Source: Gammaproteobacteria bacterium (GTDB lineage: Bacteria > Pseudomonadota > Gammaproteobacteria > Francisellales > CACEW01). Taken from it: 64,000 nucleotides of DNA. The DNA is taken from positions 130,669 to 194,668 of the forward strand of contig JAGVKT010000036.1 in assembly GCA_020050355.1 (NCBI GenBank), read 5' to 3'. A program made the translations under genes and the position numbers. The notes below the pieces were generated by a model. That model was not told where the DNA came from. It was given only the letters and a program-made list of their open reading frames with translations, and ran no database searches. Positions 20,615 through 30,329 of this stretch are shown piece after piece. Each line of letters begins with the position of its first letter. Position 1 is the first letter of the stretch.

Positions 20615-21966
20615 GAAATATCAACCAAAAGATTGCTATCGGGCTTCACTTGCAAATATTGATTCAGCTGTACAAGATCTTTTTCTGTGAGCGTACCTAC
20701 ATCAGTTTTTAGACTTAAAGTACTATCGACATATTGATTCATGGCTTGTATTAAATTAAACCGCGCCTGATAAAAAGTCTGTACAGCATTTAATACATCA
20801 ACAATAGTAGCAGCACCGACTTTATATTGAGCATTAAATTTTTTGAGACTGACAAGCGCAGAAATTTGCGATTGTTGATAAGCCCTTATTTGAGCAATGC
20901 TTGCTAAGACATTCAAATAATCTTGCGTAGTTTGATTTTGCGTTTGTCGATATAAATTAGTACTAGTATTTTCTTGAGCAACATATTGATCAGCTGCTTG
21001 CAGTGTTTGTGACATTAACTCGCCCCCTGAAAACACATTCCAAGAAAGCCCCAAAGATAAGGTCTTATCTAAAGTCTGCGCATTCGTAGAGAGAAGTGCC
21101 GGAACATTACTATTGTAATAATTTTTTACATAGGTAGCCTGCACAAATATTGTAGGAAGTTGATTACCAACGCTTGCATGAACATTTGCCAATGCAGCGC
21201 TTTCGGTATATTGCTGTGCAAGCAATAAAGGATTTTTTATTTCAGCAACTCTCACCCAATAATCTAGATTGGCCGGCATTGGAGCTGTAACTGGAAAAGC
21301 CTTGATCGGCGTTGCTAAATTTTTTTCTTCAACTCCTGTGAAAGTCCACAAATTTTCATTGGTGATGGCTAAATTATTTTTACTTTGCACCAATGTAGCA
21401 TAAGCACTATCTGCATTAGCACGTGCTTGTACCACATCAGTATAAGTAGTTAATCCTGCTGAAAATTTTTTCTGGGCTTCCTGCATCGTTTTTTGTAAAA
21501 AATTATACTGCGCTAGCGCCAAGGCTAGATCATATTCGGCGGCTAATACATTAAAATAAGCTTCGCTCACATCTAAAATAAATTGCTGTTGTTGACTTTG
21601 ATAAGTCGCCATGGCTGCTTTTTTATTGTAATTTCCAACAGCAAGATCCGCCAAAGCGGTGTAGTTAAATACAGGCTGGGTCAAGGTAAAACTATAATTT
21701 TTATTATTATAATTGGTATTAATGCCTTGTGTTTGAAAGTTATTAATATTGGTATTTACCGCTGCACTGACCTGAGGCAATAAATATCCTAAATTTATAG
21801 GTACAGCTTGACTAGTAGCTAAAGCAGTATTTAAATCTGTCGCGAGAATAGGGGAGTTAGTGAGTGCATCATGATAGACGCTTAACAAATCAGCTGCATC
21901 AACAACATTATAACCACCTAAAAATAAGCATAAAAATAGCTTACGGACAATATATTTTTTTTTCAT
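20611..21966 (-). CDS. tolC: TolC-family outer-membrane channel
   Basis: Signal peptide MKKKYIVRKLFLCLFLGG, then a duplicated alpha/beta OMF repeat (LLSVYHDALTNSP ..., YKVGAATIVDVLNA). The start is set at ATG 21966, 1 nt after the murF stop. Confidence 0.85.
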   Translation of the reverse strand: MKKKYIVRKLFLCLFLGGYNVVDAADLLSVYHDALTNSPILATDLNTALATSQAVPINLGYLLPQVSAAVNTNINNFQTQGINTNYNNKNYSFTLTQPVFNYTALADLAVGNYNKKAAMATYQSQQQQFILDVSEAYFNVLAAEYDLALALAQYNFLQKTMQEAQKKFSAGLTTYTDVVQARANADSAYATLVQSKNNLAITNENLWTFTGVEEKNLATPIKAFPVTAPMPANLDYWVRVAEIKNPLLLAQQYTESAALANVHASVGNQLPTIFVQATYVKNYYNSNVPALLSTNAQTLDKTLSLGLSWNVFSGGELMSQTLQAADQYVAQENTSTNLYRQTQNQTTQDYLNVLASIAQIRAYQQSQISALVSLKKFNAQYKVGAATIVDVLNAVQTFYQARFNLIQAMNQYVDSTLSLKTDVGTLTEKDLVQLNQYLQVKPDSNLLVDIS

Positions 21967-21967
21967 C

Positions 21968-23329
21968 TTATGCCTGGAAGTGTGCACGTATTTGCGCGAC
22001 TATATCGTGCATGTGGTTACTGCGAGACCCTTTTACCAAAATCAAGGTATCTTTTTGTGTTACCAAAGGTAAAAGTGCTGCAATAATTTTTTGCTTTTCT
22101 TTAAAATATTGTGCTTTAGGACAGCGCTTTAACGTATGATCTAATAACTTTTGATCACCATATAAGAAAATGGCATCAAGCGACATATTTGCCATTATCT
22201 CCCCCATTTTTTCATGATAATATTCTGCTTCCGCACCCATCTCAGTCATGTTTGACATCACAAAAACTTTAGCACCATTAAAAGTATTAAGTGCATCAAG
22301 AGCATTCTCAACAGATTTAAAACTGGCATTATAAGCATCATCAATAAGCATTGCGCCAGTAGGAAGGTAGTATAGCTGGAACCGACCCTGAACGTATTTT
22401 AATTTAGCCAAGCCCTGGGCAATCTCTGTTAATCCAGCACCCACGGCCATAGTTGCAGCAGCTGCCGCCAAGGCATTAGACACAATATGTCGCCCACCAA
22501 TAGGAATCGCAATTGCCTGTATACCCAAGGGTGTAAGAAGATCAAATTCACTACGTTGAAAGTCATAATGAATATGCGCAGCTTTGATCTCAGCTTGAGG
22601 ATTTAAACCAAAAGTGACTTTATGCTCCGTAGGAATTTTTTCCTGCCAAGAACTAGCCAAAGGTTCATCCAAATTAATAATCGCAATACCGGTATCAATT
22701 AAAGCAGTAAAAATATCCGATTTTTCCTTAGAAACTCCTGCTATAGATCCAAGTTTTTCAACATGCTGTGCATGAATATTGGTAATTAAAGCAACTGTGG
22801 GCTGCGTGATATGCGCAGCATAAGCAATCTCTCCTGGACTATTAGTGCCCATTTCAATGACTGCATATCGATGACTCTCATTAAGCTTAAGCAGAGTTAA
22901 CGGCACTCCAATTGCATTATTGAAATTTACTTCTGTTGCTAAAGTTGACCCACATTCGCTCAAGATACTAGCAATCATTTCTTTGGTGGTGGTTTTACCT
23001 GTAGTACCAGTAATTGCAATTATAGGTATGCTAAATTGTTGACGCCATGCTTGAGCCAAAGCCCCCAAACCCAATAAAGTATCTTTGACAATAATTTGGG
23101 GAATATTAATATCAACAGCATGATCAACCATTACAGCACAAGCACCTTTTTTTACGGCATCTGCAATAAAATCATGGCCATCACGCTGTGCACGCAATGC
23201 TATAAACAATTGGTGAGGCTTGATCGTACGGCTATCAATACTCACGCCAGTAAGAGCCAGATCTTCTCCTTGATAGGTCGCAGCAATTTTCATCGCTAAT
23301 TGTTTGAGCGTTAACATCGTCTTAATCAT
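21968..23329 (-). CDS. murF: UDP-MurNAc-tripeptide--D-Ala-D-Ala ligase
   Basis: 453 aa. Contains IAITGTTGKTTTKEM (Mur ligase P-loop) and LIDDAYNASFKS. Confidence 0.9.
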   Translation of the reverse strand: MIKTMLTLKQLAMKIAATYQGEDLALTGVSIDSRTIKPHQLFIALRAQRDGHDFIADAVKKGACAVMVDHAVDINIPQIIVKDTLLGLGALAQAWRQQFSIPIIAITGTTGKTTTKEMIASILSECGSTLATEVNFNNAIGVPLTLLKLNESHRYAVIEMGTNSPGEIAYAAHITQPTVALITNIHAQHVEKLGSIAGVSKEKSDIFTALIDTGIAIINLDEPLASSWQEKIPTEHKVTFGLNPQAEIKAAHIHYDFQRSEFDLLTPLGIQAIAIPIGGRHIVSNALAAAAATMAVGAGLTEIAQGLAKLKYVQGRFQLYYLPTGAMLIDDAYNASFKSVENALDALNTFNGAKVFVMSNMTEMGAEAEYYHEKMGEIMANMSLDAIFLYGDQKLLDHTLKRCPKAQYFKEKQKIIAALLPLVTQKDTLILVKGSRSNHMHDIVAQIRAHFQA

Positions 23330-23359
23330 TAGAAATGAGAACTGTCATTTTAACTAGTT

Positions 23360-24223
23360 TCAGGTCGATTTGCTACGCTGGATCTTAGAAAGAGGCACGC
23401 TAATTTCATTATCTGATACCTCTAGATGCCGTATATTTTTACACCACGCATAACCAAAAATAATTTCAAAAGTTGCAGGATAAGTTTTTTGATTTTTAAA
23501 TTTTTTATAACAATGACGCATTCCTTTAAAAATTTTCTTTGAAGTCATAGCCCGATGACGCAATTTAAGATAATTAGTTTCCCCAGTCTTTTGAAGCATA
23601 CGGAAGATTGCTGTTAAGCCATTAAAATCTTGAGTTAAATATTCCACATCCATAACTGGATCGGCAAACCCTGCTTTTAAAAGCGCATCGCCAATATCAT
23701 GCATATCAAAAAAATGATTAATATGAGGGTTAGGCGAAATTTCATAAAAAGCAGCCCTCAATTCACGCAAGGTATCAGGACCTAAGGTAGTAAATAATAA
23801 AGTTCCATCAACTTTTAATACACGTTGCGCCTCATAAATAGCCTGCCCTAAATGATCCATCCAATACCAACATAAATTAGAAACAATCAAATCAAAACTT
23901 TGTGAAGTAAAGGGCAACGCATGCGCATCGGCACAAATAAAAAACTGTTTATTAATAGTTCTTTTAGACTGCGCTAGCTGCAAACGCTGTTCAGCCAAAT
24001 CAAGATTAAAAATTTCTGCTTGAGGATAACGCTGTATTAATTCTGACCCAAGAGTACTGGAACCCGAACCAACATCCAGGATCCTTTTTGGTTTTATTTT
24101 AAGCGTATCTAAGCGCTCAAGAAGTATTAACTGTGTACTATGAGCGATTTTAGCGTGGGCTTTATAAGTTTTAGCAGTCCTATTAAAACCTTTTTTAAGT
24201 GCAGTGTAATCCAAAAATTGCAT
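23360..24223 (-). CDS. BioC-like SAM-dependent methyltransferase (second copy in the window)
   Basis: 287 aa. Shares FNRTAKTYKAHA, ILDVGSGS, LGPDTLRELRAAF and FEIIFGYAW with the operon-encoded BioC at 33114-33893 (LGPQTLCELRAAF, YEIIYG). Confidence 0.7.
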   Translation of the reverse strand: MQFLDYTALKKGFNRTAKTYKAHAKIAHSTQLILLERLDTLKIKPKRILDVGSGSSTLGSELIQRYPQAEIFNLDLAEQRLQLAQSKRTINKQFFICADAHALPFTSQSFDLIVSNLCWYWMDHLGQAIYEAQRVLKVDGTLLFTTLGPDTLRELRAAFYEISPNPHINHFFDMHDIGDALLKAGFADPVMDVEYLTQDFNGLTAIFRMLQKTGETNYLKLRHRAMTSKKIFKGMRHCYKKFKNQKTYPATFEIIFGYAWCKNIRHLEVSDNEISVPLSKIQRSKST

Positions 24224-24282
24224 GAATTTTATTCAATCAATGTTAGAATAAATCTTCATCATCATAAAGAGTTTAAAAAGCA

Positions 24283-24975
24283 ATGACAAGCTGGTGGTAT
24301 TCCACATGCAGCGTATGTTGCAAACGCACGCGAGATTTATTTTTTATTTGCAACGATTGTGTTCAGATGTTTGATCAAATTAATTTATCCAAAGCTTGCC
24401 TTCGTTGTAAAACTCCTTTACCAGCAGAAACCACCCAAGTATGCGGAGCTTGTCTTAAAACAACTTGGCATTTTGAACATTTAGAAATTCCATTTTATTA
24501 TAATGCTATGGCCCGATATTTATTGCACCGTTTAAAATTTTATCAATGCCTGCTGGTATTACCCCAACTTAGAAAATTATTAGTACAACATTTAGAAAAC
24601 TATTTTACGAGTGCCCACCCTGAAGTTATTATACCTATGCCCTTACATCGATGGCGAATCTTAAAGCGCGGCTTCAATCAAGCACATGAACTAGCCAAAG
24701 CTGTAGGATATGCTTATGACATCCCCATTAACTCCAAAATTGCGATAAAAATTAAACATACACGAGCACAAGCACAGCTACGTGCTGAAGATCGACATAA
24801 AAATATAAAGGCCAGCTTTAAAGTACACCTATCAAAACCATTATCACATGTCCTAATCATCGACGATGTATTCACTACGGGATCCACTGCTAATGCTTTA
24901 GCATACCAGCTCAAGAAAGCAGGAATAGGGCGCGTAGATGTAGTGACTTTATTTCGAGCTCTAAAATTATTTTAA
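24283..24975 (+). CDS. comF: ComF-family protein (phosphoribosyltransferase domain)
   Basis: 230 aa. Has N-terminal Cys pairs (CxxC x2) and the C-terminal PRTase motif VLIIDDVFTTGSTA. Confidence 0.82.
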   Translation: MTSWWYSTCSVCCKRTRDLFFICNDCVQMFDQINLSKACLRCKTPLPAETTQVCGACLKTTWHFEHLEIPFYYNAMARYLLHRLKFYQCLLVLPQLRKLLVQHLENYFTSAHPEVIIPMPLHRWRILKRGFNQAHELAKAVGYAYDIPINSKIAIKIKHTRAQAQLRAEDRHKNIKASFKVHLSKPLSHVLIIDDVFTTGSTANALAYQLKKAGIGRVDVVTLFRALKLF

Positions 24976-25124
24976 CTTACTGATTAAAAAATAATTTTTA
25001 TCATTGCAATAGGATTAATTTTTGGCCTGATAATATAGTGCGAATTAAATTGACAAAAATTAACAAAGATCTGAAAATACTTAATTAGATGCGTACATTA
25101 AACTTACATCAAAAGGAAAAAAAT

Positions 25125-25385
25125 ATGGCAACTAGAAAACCGAACCCTGCATTATTAAAACCAATGACGATTAGTCCAGAGCTTCAGGCCGTAGTAGGTA
25201 AAGGTCCAATGCCACGCTCAGAAGTGGTCAAGGCACTATGGGTTTATATTAAGAAAAATAATCTCCAAGATCCTAATGCAAAACGTAACATCATTGCTGA
25301 CGAAAATTTAAAGAAAGTTTTTGGTGGAAAAGCAAAGGTGGATATGTTTGAAATGACTAAGTTGGTATCAGCGCATCTTTCTTAA
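25125..25385 (+). CDS. SWIB/MDM2-domain protein
   Basis: 86 aa from ATG 25125 (RBS AAAGGAAA). LKPMTISPELQAVVGKGPMPRSEVVKALWVYIKKNNLQDP ... MFEMTKLVSAHL is a full SWIB fold signature. Confidence 0.85.
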   Translation: MATRKPNPALLKPMTISPELQAVVGKGPMPRSEVVKALWVYIKKNNLQDPNAKRNIIADENLKKVFGGKAKVDMFEMTKLVSAHLS

Positions 25386-25405
25386 TAGCGATACCAAACG
25401 CAAAA

Positions 25406-25525
25406 ATGCTCTTTGTAGCGGTAATCTTGATGGATATTAATCGGTATGGAGCTGATCTCTTTGTGCCGAGTTTTCCTCAATTGCAAAGTCATTTTAATTT
25501 ATCACCATTTTGGGTTGATGCTTAA
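25406..25525 (+). pseudogene. Remnant of the N-terminus of a Bcr/CflA-type MFS transporter
   Basis: The 39-codon frame MLFVAVILMDINRYGADLFVPSFPQLQSHFNLSPFWVDA* resembles the TM1/loop region of Bcr-type MFS pumps (D-x-Y/F-x-P-S/A-x-P ... S-x-x-x-V). It then hits a stop and no downstream continuation was seen. Confidence 0.35.
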
Positions 25526-25643
25526 ACAGCAAAAGTTTGAGCAAAGCCGCATACTTGATTTAACTAATTGCATTTTTAGCTTACTATTTTTTGTGAGTAA
25601 GAATTGTGATTTAATGGGTCTTCAATATTAAATTTTATTTCTT

Positions 25644-26390
25644 ATGTCGATAGATATTACGCGAGCTTCTTTAAAAAATCATCCGCTTTTTACTAGGCGA
25701 GAATTTATGCAAAGTTTTTTAACGACATTAAAAAATTTTGGTTTTACTTATTTTTGTTATCATCGCGTACTTGATGCACATCAAAGAATTATTTTGAGCA
25801 GCAAACCTGAGGTTTCAGAATTATTTATTAACAAAAAACTATATAAACTAGCCTTACATGCGTCGCCAGAATCTTATTCCAGCGGTATTTTTTTACATGA
25901 TTTTTTAAATACCCAAGAGATTAAGCATGCACTCAGCACTTTTAATCTTAATAGCGGGGTTATTTTAGTAAAAAAGCAAGTAAATTTTCTTGAGTTCTTT
26001 TTTTGGTATGCGCCTAAAAGTACTGTAGCGTTAAATCATTTTATCATTAATAATATTGATTTATTTGAGGCGTGGATACAAGAGTTTAGAGGGCGTGCAC
26101 AGCCTATACTAAAACAGTATCAAAAAAATCCTTTATTTTATCCGCGAGGCGTTGAGACTATTGGGTTAAATCAACCCCTAAAACAACGCCCGCATTTTGA
26201 ATATTTATTGAGCCCACGTGAGCGAGAAATTTTCTATCTTATTAAAATGGGTTTAAGCAGTAAAAAAATGGCGCTGCAATTAAATATTTCTAATCGAACA
26301 GTTGATAAACATATTGAAAATATGTTTGTTAAAACCAATTGTAATTCTCGGATTGAATTGCTTCAAAAAATTAATTTTATTATTTTATAA
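25644..26390 (+). CDS. LuxR-family transcriptional regulator (solo; the N-terminal domain may be autoinducer-binding-like)
   Basis: 248 aa. The C-terminal HTH reads LSPREREIFYLIKMGLSSKKMALQLNISNRTVDKHIENMFVKTNCNSRIELL. No luxI-type gene is in the window. Confidence 0.8.
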   Translation: MSIDITRASLKNHPLFTRREFMQSFLTTLKNFGFTYFCYHRVLDAHQRIILSSKPEVSELFINKKLYKLALHASPESYSSGIFLHDFLNTQEIKHALSTFNLNSGVILVKKQVNFLEFFFWYAPKSTVALNHFIINNIDLFEAWIQEFRGRAQPILKQYQKNPLFYPRGVETIGLNQPLKQRPHFEYLLSPREREIFYLIKMGLSSKKMALQLNISNRTVDKHIENMFVKTNCNSRIELLQKINFIIL

Positions 26391-26466
26391 TGGATCGCTG
26401 TGACTTTTGTGCTGTTTATAATTGGATTTAGTGTATAATATATTCAACTAAGGGAAGCTTTGACCG

Positions 26467-27714
26467 ATGTACATAGGATATAATTTAGGTGAAAAATTAA
26501 CCGTTGTCAGTGCTGGCAAGCTTAGGCCAGAATTTGCTGTTCCTGTGTCTGAGATAAAAGCATCGTTATTAAGTACTAAAACCAATTCTAAAATGGGTAC
26601 TTTCTTGATTCATTATATGGATACTGATACTGGCCCTAGTATTCATACAATTTGGGTGGCCATTTCTGGTTCGGGTAATAAGCATAAAAGTGATGAGTGT
26701 GCTAGAAGATTAACAAGGCTTTCTTATGCTCGTTTTGTGCCCTATGTGGTTGAAGGTGCTCTTCTTGAGACTAGCAAACCTTCAGGAGTGGATTTTATTT
26801 CTGCTCGTGAACAGCTTAATCGAGAGAACTTATTTAAGCGCTTTTTAATTTTTATTACTAATGCTTTTCAAGCGGATGGCTCATCTTATGATGCCACTGT
26901 TATTAAAGAAGTTTTTCATCTTAAGGAATGCTTAATAGACTCTGTACGTTTTATAAAAGCGTTTTTGCGGTCTGAAGCGTTTAAAGCAGAATACTTACGT
27001 TTTTTAACAAATCCAGCTGAAAAAGATTATTATCGTTTCTATCCTACGCCAGTACATTTTTTATTAATGCTTGCTTGGGAATGCTATCTTCTTGATCGTC
27101 ATGTTCAAGAATCCAAAAAAAGCTTTAGTGCTCATGGGGGATTTATAAAATTTATTGATACTGTGACTGGGTTTGAGGTTGACGATATAAATTACCGAAA
27201 GATGAAAACTTATATCCAAGCACTAGAGCTCGAGAGAGATGATCAACTTTACAAATCATTCGAAGCCTTATGGCAGCATATGAATCAGTTCAAGCTTGAG
27301 CAGTTAACTAGAAAAATGCAACATTGTGCTGAAACCAATCTCATCGAATACTTGCAAACAAAAGAAGGTCGAAAGATTTTAGGAAGGCCAGGTAAATTTT
27401 ATTTATTTAGTTCTATCATAGGTGATGACACAAATGAAATAGTACTTTTATGTGATAATTGTCGTTTATCTGTTTTACCAAAAATAAAAGAGTTAAATAT
27501 TGCTGCTGGGGATTCACCTAAAACAATGTATACCGCGCAGGTGCCTGTTATATCTGCATCTTTTCCGACCCTACCACTCGCTCTGCTTCCTGTTGAAGAG
27601 CTATGTGATCTAAGACCTCCGTTAAAACGTGATGAGCTTGCGACTGCTATGACGCTTTATGAAGTTTTATGTACTCATGCTGATGGAGAATCATTAATAG
27701 ATTACATGGCTTAA
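26467..27714 (+). CDS. Hypothetical protein, orphan (415 aa)
   Basis: A long ORF with codon usage like its neighbours and a TATAAT box upstream. No family was recognised. Contains HCAE (aa 286-289) and CDNC (aa 329-332). Confidence 0.6.
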   Translation: MYIGYNLGEKLTVVSAGKLRPEFAVPVSEIKASLLSTKTNSKMGTFLIHYMDTDTGPSIHTIWVAISGSGNKHKSDECARRLTRLSYARFVPYVVEGALLETSKPSGVDFISAREQLNRENLFKRFLIFITNAFQADGSSYDATVIKEVFHLKECLIDSVRFIKAFLRSEAFKAEYLRFLTNPAEKDYYRFYPTPVHFLLMLAWECYLLDRHVQESKKSFSAHGGFIKFIDTVTGFEVDDINYRKMKTYIQALELERDDQLYKSFEALWQHMNQFKLEQLTRKMQHCAETNLIEYLQTKEGRKILGRPGKFYLFSSIIGDDTNEIVLLCDNCRLSVLPKIKELNIAAGDSPKTMYTAQVPVISASFPTLPLALLPVEELCDLRPPLKRDELATAMTLYEVLCTHADGESLIDYMA

Positions 27715-27726
27715 GAATCAATAAAG

Positions 27727-27768
27727 CCGTCATCCTGATTTTTTCGCAGAAAAACATCAGGATAACGG
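27727..27768. other. Long imperfect hairpin immediately 3' of the orphan gene
   Basis: CCGTCATCCTGAT (27727-27739) pairs with ATCAGGATAACGG (27756-27768), 12/13 bp. An inner TTTT/AAAA extension is also present. There is no U-tract on either strand. Confidence 0.4.
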
Positions 27769-27858
27769 CAGTAGAGAGGGCGCAAAACTCGCAGTAAAAA
27801 ATTCGCGTTTTGAGCTGCGCTTGGTATATAATGCCCAAAAATTTATAGAGATGAGATT

Positions 27859-28950
27859 ATGGCAATTCGTTGTGGAATCGTGGGTTTGCCCAATGTAGGC
27901 AAGTCAACGTTGTTTAATGCGCTCACTAAAGCGCAGATTGCGGCGCAAAATTATCCGTTTTGTACGATAGAACCGAATGTCGGTATTGTTCCTGTACCTG
28001 ATCACCGCTTGCAAGAATTGGCACTTTTGGTGACGCCTGAGCGTGTTGTGCCTACAACTACTGAATTTGTTGATATTGCAGGCTTGGTGGCCGGAGCATC
28101 TAAAGGCGAAGGGCTGGGTAATAAATTTTTGGCTAATATTCGTGAGACCGATGCAATTTTGCATGTAGTTCGCTGCTTTGAGAATGATGATATTATTCAT
28201 GTTGCTAGTAAAATTGATCCTTTGGCTGATATAGAAACGATCAATACTGAGTTAATGCTCGCTGATTTAGAAACCATTGATAAAGTTATTTTACGTAATC
28301 AAAAATTGGCAAAAGGTGGGAATGCAGAAGCGCAGGTTGAAATTGCGCTTGCAGAAAAAATAAAGGCCTTATTGAATCAAGGTAAGAAAGCTTTAACTTT
28401 TGCGTGTACCCCAGAAGAACAAAAAATTATTAAAACTTTTCAGCTGATCACGGCTAAGCCAACTTTATATGTTGCTAATGTTCATGAAGATGGTTTCACT
28501 AATAATCCACACTTAACGGCAGTTGAGAGCCTTGCTACGCAAGAAAAATCTAAAGTTGTTGCTATTTGTGCTGCTATGGAATCTGAGCTCATTGATATGG
28601 ATGATCATGAAAAAATAAATTTCTTGAAAGAAATGGGCATGCCTGAGCCTGGCCTTAATCGCGTGATTCGTGAGAGTTATAACTTATTAGGTTTACAAAC
28701 TTATTTTACTGCGGGTGTAAAAGAAGTCAGAGCTTGGACAGTGAAGATTGGCGCTACTGCTCCTGAAGCAGCAGGTGTAATTCATACCGATTTTGAAAAA
28801 GGTTTTATCCGTGCTGAAGTTATTAGTTATGATGATTTTATTAAATACCAAGGTGAGCAAGGCGCTAAAGATGCCGGTAAATGGCGCTTAGAAGGTAAAG
28901 AATATATAGTCAAAGATGGCGATGTTATGCACTTCAGGTTTAATGTCTAA
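27859..28950 (+). CDS. ychF: Ribosome-binding ATPase YchF
   Basis: 363 aa. Contains [24 protein letters not shown] and the C-terminal TGS-like [10 protein letters not shown]. Confidence 0.95.
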   Translation: MAIRCGIVGLPNVGKSTLFNALTKAQIAAQNYPFCTIEPNVGIVPVPDHRLQELALLVTPERVVPTTTEFVDIAGLVAGASKGEGLGNKFLANIRETDAILHVVRCFENDDIIHVASKIDPLADIETINTELMLADLETIDKVILRNQKLAKGGNAEAQVEIALAEKIKALLNQGKKALTFACTPEEQKIIKTFQLITAKPTLYVANVHEDGFTNNPHLTAVESLATQEKSKVVAICAAMESELIDMDDHEKINFLKEMGMPEPGLNRVIRESYNLLGLQTYFTAGVKEVRAWTVKIGATAPEAAGVIHTDFEKGFIRAEVISYDDFIKYQGEQGAKDAGKWRLEGKEYIVKDGDVMHFRFNV

Positions 28951-30257
28951 CGCGCATTTAAAATAGCTGTGGTGGTGATTTGTTTCAGTTCAGTTAATAC
29001 TTCTGGTTCGATATTGAGTGGAGGCAGCCAATAGAGCGTATTTCCCAAGGGGCGCAAGAAAGCGCCGAGTTTGAGTGCTTCTTGAAATATTTTATGTCCA
29101 AAGCGGGGGATTTTTTTTGGGTTAATAAGATCTGCAGCTACAATGCTCCCGATATGCCGCACGTTTGTTAGTTGCTGCGTGGTTGTGGCTATTTCTAACA
29201 TTAAGTCTTTCATGAATGCAGCGTTATCTTGTATGCGTTGATAAATATTTTCTTCTTCAATGGTTTCCAGGCAGGCTAAAGCTACTGCGGCTCCTAAAGC
29301 ATTACCCGAATGTGTATGCGAGTAAAAAAAGGTTTTCCCTTGTTCATAATCATCATAAAATAATTCATAGATTTTAGTATTGGTAAGCGTCACGCTTAAA
29401 GGAATAAACCCTGAAGTTAAGCCCTTAGATAAACAGATGAAATCAGGCTCGATGCCAGCATGTTGGCATGCTAAGGGTAGGCCTGTGCGTCCAAGCCCTG
29501 TCATAATTTCATCAGCAATGAGATGTACATTATGAGCGTGTGTCCAGGCACGTAGGCGTTTTAAAAAATCTTGTGAATAAATCAACATGCCTGCAGATCC
29601 TTGTACAATCGGTTCTACCAAAAATGCTGTTAGCGTTGTTGCATGTTGATTTAGTTGTGCTTCTAGATCAGGCCATACTGCACTACAATCGTGCCATAAA
29701 GGATCATTCACATCACTTACATAAGGCACACCTTTTAAAAAAATCTGCGGTAATAACCCTGCTTCATAAGGCTTGCGAAACCTGCCTACATCACTCACAG
29801 ACAAGGCTAGACCTGTTTCACCATGATAAGCGTTTTCTAAGGCCATAAATTTGGATCGTTGTTTATCACCCAAAAGATAGCGGGCATGCAAACTCATTTT
29901 CATGGCGATTTCAACAGCACAGGAGCCGTCACTTGCAAAGGCCATGTGTTTGAGAGTTTTGGTCATGCTTGCTAATTTTTCGGATAATTTAATAATTGCT
30001 TCGTAGGTAGTATCTGCAAAGATGACATGCTGAAATTTTTCTACTTGTTCTAATAAAGCCGCTTTGAGTTTAGGATGTCCGTGCCCTAGAGCATGACACC
30101 ACCAACTTGAAAGTGCGTCAATTAATTTTTGGCCATTTTCTAATTCAATATAGGGGCCGTAAGCTTTTTTGATGACCAATAGTGGATAGGTTTCGTAGTC
30201 TTTCATTTGCGAGCATGGATTCCAAATATGCTGTAAACTACGCTGCACCAAATCCAT
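28947..30257 (-). CDS. bioA: Adenosylmethionine-8-amino-7-oxononanoate aminotransferase
   Basis: 436 aa class-III aminotransferase ([23 protein letters not shown]). It lies divergent from bioB. Confidence 0.9.
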   Translation of the reverse strand: MDLVQRSLQHIWNPCSQMKDYETYPLLVIKKAYGPYIELENGQKLIDALSSWWCHALGHGHPKLKAALLEQVEKFQHVIFADTTYEAIIKLSEKLASMTKTLKHMAFASDGSCAVEIAMKMSLHARYLLGDKQRSKFMALENAYHGETGLALSVSDVGRFRKPYEAGLLPQIFLKGVPYVSDVNDPLWHDCSAVWPDLEAQLNQHATTLTAFLVEPIVQGSAGMLIYSQDFLKRLRAWTHAHNVHLIADEIMTGLGRTGLPLACQHAGIEPDFICLSKGLTSGFIPLSVTLTNTKIYELFYDDYEQGKTFFYSHTHSGNALGAAVALACLETIEEENIYQRIQDNAAFMKDLMLEIATTTQQLTNVRHIGSIVAADLINPKKIPRFGHKIFQEALKLGAFLRPLGNTLYWLPPLNIEPEVLTELKQITTTAILNAR

Positions 30258-30268
30258 TGTTTACCAAA

Positions 30269-30297
30269 TTGACAAAATAGTTGAAGATGACTATTCT
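30269..30297 (+). promoter_or_regulatory. Candidate sigma70 promoter of bioBFHCD
   Basis: TTGACA (30269-30274), 17 nt spacer, TATTCT (30292-30297). It lies 33 nt upstream of the bioB ATG. Confidence 0.4.
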
Positions 30298-30329
30298 ACC
30301 TACTAAATTTGGGTGCTACAAGGAATTAT

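Noticed and set aside
25446-25631. 61-aa plus-strand ORF between the SWIB and LuxR genes.
   Set aside because: It has no RBS or motif, and it is in a different frame from the more interpretable MFS-remnant frame in the same spacer.
27792-27806. 15-mer CAGTAAAAAATTCGC shared with 59951-59965. Both copies lie upstream of plus-strand genes (ychF, pgk), and both are part of small GCAG/CAGTAAAA ... TTTT..CTG(C) hairpins.
   Set aside because: In a 64 kb AT-rich window, roughly one or more chance 15-mer matches are expected, and the motif contains an A6 run. The flanking similarity is only partial. It is worth a genome-wide count but is not supportable as a repeat family from two copies.
30258-30329. 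BirA operator (bioO) between bioA and bioB.
   Set aside because: A left half-site-like TTGTTTACC is present at 30258-30266, but I found no inverted partner at the expected 14-16 nt spacing.
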